Source of the DNA: Rhodobacter sp.
GTDB taxonomy: Bacteria > Pseudomonadota > Alphaproteobacteria > Rhodobacterales > Rhodobacteraceae
Direction: 5' to 3'
NCBI GenBank assembly: GCA_027487575.1
Contig: JAIYDJ010000016.1
Coordinates: forward strand, 43,868-107,867
Length of the DNA stretch: 64,000 nucleotides
Positions 58,679 through 64,000 of the stretch are shown here, piece after piece. Position numbers and translations under genes: made by a program. Each line of letters opens with the position of its first letter. Positions within the stretch are counted from its first letter, which is position 1. The notes below the pieces were generated by a model. The model ran no database searches, was not told where the DNA came from, and saw only the letters and a list, made by a program, of their open reading frames with translations.

Positions 58679-59161
58679 TCAATGGCGTGTCCATCCCGAA
58701 GGCCTGTGTCCATTGGGCGGACCGTCGACCTGATCCTGCTCGATCTCGAAGAATTCACCGTCGATCACATCAGACCCGCTGCGGCGGGGTCCGTCCGCCG
58801 CCCGGGTCGTGAAGATCTGCGCGCGCATCGACAAGCCCCGCACCACCAGTTGCCGGACGGGGGGCAGCAACAGCAAAAGCCCCAGAGCGTCGGTCAGAAA
58901 GCCTGGCAGGATCAACAACAGCGCCGCAAGCACGATCAACGCATTGCCGGCCAGAAGACCGACCGGATTGCGCCGCAACTGCGCGGCCCTTTGCAATCCT
59001 TCTGCGGCACGCAGACCCTGCCTGCGGATCACCAGAACCCCCGCCACCGCCGTGCCGATCACGATGGCCAGTGTCCACCACAGGCCAAGATATCCGCCGA
59101 CGGTCACCAACAGCGCGATTTCGATCAGCGGCAGCGCAAGAAACGCTACAAACAGCCACAT
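58679..59161 (-). CDS. fxsA: FxsA family membrane protein
   Basis: MWLFVAFLALPLIEIALLVTVGGYLG... and LLILPGFLTDALGLLLLLPPVR are the FxsA signature. Confidence 0.8.
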   Translation of the reverse strand: MWLFVAFLALPLIEIALLVTVGGYLGLWWTLAIVIGTAVAGVLVIRRQGLRAAEGLQRAAQLRRNPVGLLAGNALIVLAALLLILPGFLTDALGLLLLLPPVRQLVVRGLSMRAQIFTTRAADGPRRSGSDVIDGEFFEIEQDQVDGPPNGHRPSGWTRH

Positions 59162-59278
59162 CGCAAGGCTCCTTTCATGACTTTGGCGTCAGGCGGTGGA
59201 CTTGGCCGGACCCAGCCCCTACATAGTCACGTGTCACCGCAAATACCAACGTCCCCGTTCCGGCGTTTCGAGGTCTCA

Positions 59279-59938
59279 ATGAATTCGTCCATTCTGCAAC
59301 TGCTTGTTCTGGCCGGGATTGCCATTTTTCTGATCCTGAAGCTGCGTTCGGTTCTTGGCACGCGCGAAGGGTTTGAAAAACCGCCCGTCCCGCTGGACGC
59401 TGCCCGCCCCGGCGCGCGACGCGATTTTGAAGTGATCGAAGGCGGTCCGGACCGTGACATCACAGATCATGTGCCCGAAGGGTCGCCCGCCGCCAAGGCG
59501 CTAGCGGCGATGAAGGCAGCCGAGCCCAGCTTTGCCGTCGGCACCTTCATGGCGGGCGCACGCAGCGCCTACGAGATGATCCTGATGGCCTTCGAACATG
59601 GCGAGATCGACTCTGTGCGGCCCTTCCTGTCCGAGGATGTTGCGGCAAGTTTCGACGCGGCCGTCGAAGCGCGCGAGCGTGAAGGTCTGACGGTAGAGGC
59701 GAAATTCGTCGGTCTGCGCGAATTGATCCTGCAGGAAGCCACCTTTGACCGTGACAGCCGGACCGCCGAAATCACCATGAGGTTCACCGGCGAGTTGACC
59801 TCTGTGGTGCGAAACAAGGCGGGACAGGTGGTTGAAGGCCGCGAAACCGAGGTCAAGCGGCAGCGGGACATCTGGACCTTTGCGCGCCGGATGGGGGTCG
59901 ATGACCCGAACTGGCAACTGGTCGCGACGGGCGACTGA
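59279..59938 (+). CDS. Tim44-like domain protein
   Basis: N-terminal TM helix, then FMAGARSAYEMILMAFEHGEIDSVRPFLSEDV...DIWTFARRMGVDDPNWQLVAT. Start at ATG 59279. Confidence 0.85.
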   Translation: MNSSILQLLVLAGIAIFLILKLRSVLGTREGFEKPPVPLDAARPGARRDFEVIEGGPDRDITDHVPEGSPAAKALAAMKAAEPSFAVGTFMAGARSAYEMILMAFEHGEIDSVRPFLSEDVAASFDAAVEAREREGLTVEAKFVGLRELILQEATFDRDSRTAEITMRFTGELTSVVRNKAGQVVEGRETEVKRQRDIWTFARRMGVDDPNWQLVATGD

Positions 59939-59948
59939 GCCGGGGCAA

Positions 59949-60974
59949 ATGCGTCGTGTGCTTCGCCCCCTTGTTCTGGCGCTTGTGCTGATGACGCCGG
60001 GCACGCTCGCCGCCCAGATTGCCGAGTTTGCCGAGCTGGATGGCTGGGAAACGGACGACCATGCGGCGGCGCTGGCAACATTCCGGGACACCTGTGATCT
60101 CTTGACCGACCCGGACTGGACTCCGATCTGCCGGGTCGCAGCGGACCTTCCCGACGATGCGAGAACCGCGCGCAACTTTTTCGAGTTGTTCTTCAAACCG
60201 GTGCTGATCGGGTACCCCCCGGCCCTGTTCACCGGTTACTACGAGCCTGAACTGCAAGGCTCGCCGGTGCGCACACCCCGTTTTGCCTGGCCGATCTATC
60301 GCCGCCCGCCAGACCTGCGCGATGGGCAGGTCTACCATGACCGCGCGACCATCGAAGCCGGAGTGCTGCGCGGGCGCGGGCTTGAAATAGCCTGGCTGGA
60401 TGACCCGGTCGAAGCGTTCTTTCTGCAGATTCAGGGGTCTGGCCGGATCGTCATGCCGGATGGTTCGGTGGTCCGTGTCGGCTATGCCGGACGCAACGGC
60501 CATGCTTACAGGTCGGTCGGGCAGGAAATGATCCGGCGCGGGACGCACACGCCGGATCAGGTTTCGGCGCAGGCGATCCGGGCCTGGGTCTCGCGCAACC
60601 CGCAGGCGGGGGCTGCCCTGCTGAACGTCAATCCGTCCTATGTCTTTTTCCGCAAGCTGCCCGATCTGCCGCCGGAAAAGGGGCCGATCGGCGCGATGGG
60701 GCGGTCCATCACCACCCTGCGGTCCATCGCGGTGGACCCGGATTTCACCCCGCTCGGCGCGCCGGTCTGGGTCGAGAAAGACGGGGCCGGCGCGTTTCGC
60801 CGCCTGATGATCGCACAGGACACCGGAGGGGCAATCAAGGGGGCACAGCGCGCCGATATCTTTTTCGGCACGGGCGAGGCTGCTGGCAACGCCGCCGGGA
60901 CGGTCAAGGATGGCGGCCGGATGCTGGTGCTGCTGCCGATCGACCGGGCCTATGCCCTGCTGCCCGAGGGTTGA
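59949..60974 (+). CDS. mltA: Murein transglycosylase A
   Basis: Signal peptide. FTGYYEP, FFLQIQGSGRI, DTGGAIKGAQRADIFFGTG (3D domain). Confidence 0.9.
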   Translation: MRRVLRPLVLALVLMTPGTLAAQIAEFAELDGWETDDHAAALATFRDTCDLLTDPDWTPICRVAADLPDDARTARNFFELFFKPVLIGYPPALFTGYYEPELQGSPVRTPRFAWPIYRRPPDLRDGQVYHDRATIEAGVLRGRGLEIAWLDDPVEAFFLQIQGSGRIVMPDGSVVRVGYAGRNGHAYRSVGQEMIRRGTHTPDQVSAQAIRAWVSRNPQAGAALLNVNPSYVFFRKLPDLPPEKGPIGAMGRSITTLRSIAVDPDFTPLGAPVWVEKDGAGAFRRLMIAQDTGGAIKGAQRADIFFGTGEAAGNAAGTVKDGGRMLVLLPIDRAYALLPEG

Positions 60975-60977
60975 TCC

Positions 60978-61571
60978 TTGGCGCGCCGACGGTCCCTGCG
61001 TCCCGACGAGGAAGAGCTTTGGCAGACGGTTGCCCGGTCCGCACGGCCGCTGCATCCAAAGGCTCCGGTCTTTACGTCCAAGCCGCAAGGAGCCGATCCG
61101 GCGGCAAAGCCTGCCCCGCCGCTGGTACGCCCACCCCTGCCGACTTTCCGTCTGGGTGAAAAGGCGCCGGTGATCCGTGCGCACGACCTGTCGCCCAGCC
61201 TGTCGGACAGTCTGCAGATGGCCCCGCTGCAAATGGATGCCAAGGCGTTCGGGCGGATGACCCGTGGCAAGCTGGCCCCCGAGGCGCGGATTGATCTGCA
61301 CGGATTGACGCTGGCCGAGGCGCATCCCGAACTGATCCGGTTCATTCTGAACGCGCAGGGCCATGGCGCGCGGCTGGTTCTGGTGATCACAGGCAAGGGC
61401 AAGCGCGGCACGGATCACGGCCCGATCCCGCAGCGGATGGGCGCGCTGCGCCATCAGGTGCCGCAATGGCTGCGCCTGCCACCCTTGGGGCAAGCCGTGC
61501 TGCAGGTCGCCGAGGCGCATCTGAAGCATGGCGGGTCGGGAGCCTACTACGTGTATCTGCGGCGGCGCTAG
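60978..61571 (+). CDS. Smr/MutS2-type small nuclease domain protein
   Basis: IDLHGLTLAEAHPELIRFILNAQGHGARLVLVITGKG...GGSGAYYVYL. TTG start. Confidence 0.85.
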   Translation: MARRRSLRPDEEELWQTVARSARPLHPKAPVFTSKPQGADPAAKPAPPLVRPPLPTFRLGEKAPVIRAHDLSPSLSDSLQMAPLQMDAKAFGRMTRGKLAPEARIDLHGLTLAEAHPELIRFILNAQGHGARLVLVITGKGKRGTDHGPIPQRMGALRHQVPQWLRLPPLGQAVLQVAEAHLKHGGSGAYYVYLRRR

Positions 61572-61578
61572 GCGCGCC

Positions 61579-62691
61579 CTATCGCGGCAGACCGCCGTTG
61601 GTGATGGGCGACAGGACGATCTGCGTCGCATTCTGCACCGTCAGGACCACGCCGGGAAGCAACCCCACCCGCGCGGCCGCATCGGCGTTGAACGCCGCGT
61701 CGACATCGGTGATGCGGTCCAAGAGACGGATCAGGGCTGCCGAATTTCCGACATTGAAATGCCCGTCACCCACATTGAACGCGGCGACGTCCAGAAACGT
61801 CACCTCCAGATCTGAAAGCGCGCCAAGGTCCGACAGCGACCCCAGCCTTGATTTTTGTCCGGTCAGCCGCGCCGAAAGCTGCAAGGCACGGTCGCGTTGC
61901 GATCCGAAGATCAGAAACGGCTTTGGCAACCGCCCGATGTCATGCGCCTGACTGCGAAACACGTCCACGTCGATGTCGGGCGAAATCAGGATGACACCGG
62001 CGATCTTGTTCAGCGTCTGCCGGTCATTGCGGATGGACAACTGCCGCAGCGTTTCCACCACCAGACCGCTGCCCATCGAATGCGCCACCAGAAAGATTCG
62101 GTCGGCACCCGATTCCGAAACCTCGCGCAGCATGTCTTCCAGACCGTTGCGCGAAAAATTGGCGGAATCGCGGTCATAGACATAGCCAAAGGGCGTCGCC
62201 GCCGACGGCCAGGCATAATGCATCGCCACGCCCGGCAGATCGAGGTCGCGAGACAGTTGCGCGATGCGGTAGACGCCCTCGGCAAAGGTGTTGTTGTAGC
62301 CATGAACAAAGATCGTCGCCTCGCGCCCGCCGCGCCGTTCGGTGCGCAATGCCGTCGTAAGGTCGCGGCGAAAGGTGGCCTCGTCGTCATAAAGGACTTC
62401 TGCGGTGGTCAGAAAATCGCGGGTCGCATCCGGCTTGGCCCCCTGTCGCGGATAGGTGATCGACCCAGGAGAGCGGTCCTTGGGAACAGAGATGGTGTAT
62501 TGCGCGAAACTGGCCTCTTCCGACCGTTTGCTTGAATAGCGACCGGTTTCAGGGTCCAGCCTGCGGGTGGTCGCCACGAAGACGGTTTCGGTGACCCCGC
62601 CCTGCCCGGCTGACGGAACCAGAAGGATCTGTCCGCGCGGGGTGCAGGCCAGGACGGCGCAGCATAGTAAGACCATCGCGAAACGCATCAT
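61579..62691 (-). CDS. Alpha/beta hydrolase lipoprotein (DUF900-like)
   Basis: Lipobox-like VLAC. IFVHGYNNTF...YAWPS...YVYDRDSA...LVAHSMGSG matches the DUF900 pattern. Confidence 0.75.
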   Translation of the reverse strand: MMRFAMVLLCCAVLACTPRGQILLVPSAGQGGVTETVFVATTRRLDPETGRYSSKRSEEASFAQYTISVPKDRSPGSITYPRQGAKPDATRDFLTTAEVLYDDEATFRRDLTTALRTERRGGREATIFVHGYNNTFAEGVYRIAQLSRDLDLPGVAMHYAWPSAATPFGYVYDRDSANFSRNGLEDMLREVSESGADRIFLVAHSMGSGLVVETLRQLSIRNDRQTLNKIAGVILISPDIDVDVFRSQAHDIGRLPKPFLIFGSQRDRALQLSARLTGQKSRLGSLSDLGALSDLEVTFLDVAAFNVGDGHFNVGNSAALIRLLDRITDVDAAFNADAAARVGLLPGVVLTVQNATQIVLSPITNGGLPR

Positions 62692-62781
62692 CGGATCCTA
62701 CCCCCGGACTGTCTTCGTATTCAGCCGTATCGGGCAAAGAATTCCCGATGGCAAACGCACCGTCCGCCATAACGCCAAAGG

Positions 62782-64000
62782 CTACAAGACATACCGCGAC
62801 AGATCGGACGACCGCGACAGCGCGCCAAGGTTGTTTTCGACAAAGGCCGCGTCGACCGTCACCGTCTCGCCCGACCGGTCGGGCGCGGTGAAGGACAGTT
62901 CTTCGAACACGCGCTCCATCACGGTGTACAGCCGTCTGGCCCCGATGTTTTCGATGGCGCGGTTCACTTCGGCGGCAATGTGGGCAAGGGCTGCGATCCC
63001 GTCGGGCAGGAAGCTGACGCTGACCCCTTCGGTGGCCATCAGCGCGGTGTATTGCAGGGTCAGGGCATTGTCCGTTTCGGTCAGGATGCGCACGAAATCG
63101 GCTTCGGTCAGGGCTTGCAGTTCCACGCGGATCGGCAGGCGACCCTGCAATTCGGGCAGCAGGTCCGATGGTTTGGCGGTGTGGAACGCGCCGGATGCGA
63201 TGAACAGGATGTGGTCGGTCTTGACCGGCCCGTATTTCGTGCTGACCGTCGTGCCTTCGATCAGCGGCAGCAGGTCGCGCTGCACGCCTTCGCGGCTGAC
63301 ATCGGCACCGCGCGCCTCGGCCTTGGCGCAGATCTTGTCGATCTCGTCCAGAAAGACGATGCCGTTTTCCTGAACCGCGTCGAGTGCGGCCGCCTTCACC
63401 GCCTCGTCATCCAGCAACTTGTCGGCTTCGGACCCGATCAGCAGGTCATAGCTGGCCGCAACGGTCACCTTTTTGGTCACGGTACGCTGGCCAAACGCCT
63501 TGAACAGATCGGTCAGGCCCTGCATCTGCTCCATCCCCGGCGCGCCCATCATCGGCAGGGGTGCGGCATCGGGCACCTCTACCTCGATCACCGTATCGTC
63601 AAGCTCGCCCCGGCGCAGCTTGCCGCGAAACAGATCGCGCGTCTGCGGGCGGCTGTCGCGGCCCGCCAGCGCATCGATCACCCGGTCTTCGGCGGCCTGC
63701 TTGGCCCGCGCGGCCACGTCCTCGCGCATCCGGGCGCGGGTGTCGGCCATCGCGGTATCGACCAGATCGCGGATGATGCTGTCGACGTCGCGCCCGACAT
63801 AGCCGACTTCGGTGAACTTCGTCGCCTCCACCTTCAGGAACGGCGCGCGGGCGAGTTTGGCCAGACGGCGCGAGATTTCTGTCTTGCCCACCCCGGTCGG
63901 CCCGATCATCAGGATGTTCTTCGGATACACCTCGTCGCGGATGTCGTCGGCCAGATGCTTGCGCCGCCAGCGGTTGCGCAGGGCAACGGCAACGGCGCGC
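62782..64000 (-). CDS. hslU: ATP-dependent protease ATPase subunit HslU (N-terminal ~35 codons outside window)
   Basis: [23 protein letters not shown] (Walker A), [11 protein letters not shown], and C-terminal DLSRYVL. The frame stays open to the window end ([24 protein letters not shown]...). Confidence 0.95.
   Translation of the reverse strand, partial: RAVAVALRNRWRRKHLADDIRDEVYPKNILMIGPTGVGKTEISRRLAKLARAPFLKVEATKFTEVGYVGRDVDSIIRDLVDTAMADTRARMREDVAARAKQAAEDRVIDALAGRDSRPQTRDLFRGKLRRGELDDTVIEVEVPDAAPLPMMGAPGMEQMQGLTDLFKAFGQRTVTKKVTVAASYDLLIGSEADKLLDDEAVKAAALDAVQENGIVFLDEIDKICAKAEARGADVSREGVQRDLLPLIEGTTVSTKYGPVKTDHILFIASGAFHTAKPSDLLPELQGRLPIRVELQALTEADFVRILTETDNALTLQYTALMATEGVSVSFLPDGIAALAHIAAEVNRAIENIGARRLYTVMERVFEELSFTAPDRSGETVTVDAAFVENNLGALSRSSDLSRYVL

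Noticed and set aside
62692-62781. Weak hairpin ATCGGG-caaagaatt-CCCGAT downstream of hslU, as a possible terminator.
   Set aside because: It has only a 6-bp stem with a 9-nt loop and no following T-tract on the hslU strand. That is too weak to call.

Overview
GC-rich alphaproteobacterial chromosomal segment with Rhodobacterales-like gene content. GC content, codon statistics and homology scores were not computed. All calls come from reading the supplied translations and the DNA by eye.

Layout, left to right:
(1) 1-4.1 kb: tail of a sugar/glycerol-type ABC substrate-binding protein gene, a GNAT gene, glpK and an Fe-type alcohol dehydrogenase.
(2) 4.1-16.1 kb: replication and housekeeping block on the minus strand (gyrB, a LysE-family exporter, recF, dnaN, dnaA, rpsT, enoyl-CoA hydratase, mutM), followed by ubiE-ubiB on the plus strand.
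(3) 16.1-46.3 kb: a ~30 kb alpha-type (Caulobacter / R. sphaeroides fla2-like) flagellar gene cluster. It holds about 40 genes in at least 7 transcription units. I counted 16 stop/start overlaps.
(4) 46.4-49.8 kb: a TetR regulator divergent from a two-subunit IorAB-like molybdenum hydroxylase.
(5) 50.0-57.9 kb: a four-gene type I secretion operon consisting of a 1054-aa BapA/LapA-like Ig-repeat adhesin, a TolC-like OMP, a CLD-ABC exporter and a HlyD adaptor.
(6) 58.1-64.0 kb: conserved alphaproteobacterial neighbourhood secB, fxsA, Tim44-like, mltA, smr, DUF900 lipoprotein hydrolase and hslU (5'-truncated by the window end).

No rRNA, tRNA, CRISPR array, transposase or integrase was recognised.

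Most interesting items:
- Uncharacterised genes wired into the flagellar operons. The main one is a 729-aa secreted protein translationally coupled to motA in the slot where motB normally sits.
- A recurring CtrA-like TTAA-N7-TTAA-type motif in five flagellar intergenic regions.
- A dispersed ~50-bp REP-like element present in two copies.
- A direct-repeat motif in the AT-richer promoter region of the adhesin operon.

Many long ORFs in the supplied track are antisense or over-extended artefacts of the high GC content. Start codons were re-picked where an SD-like sequence or gene overlap supported it.
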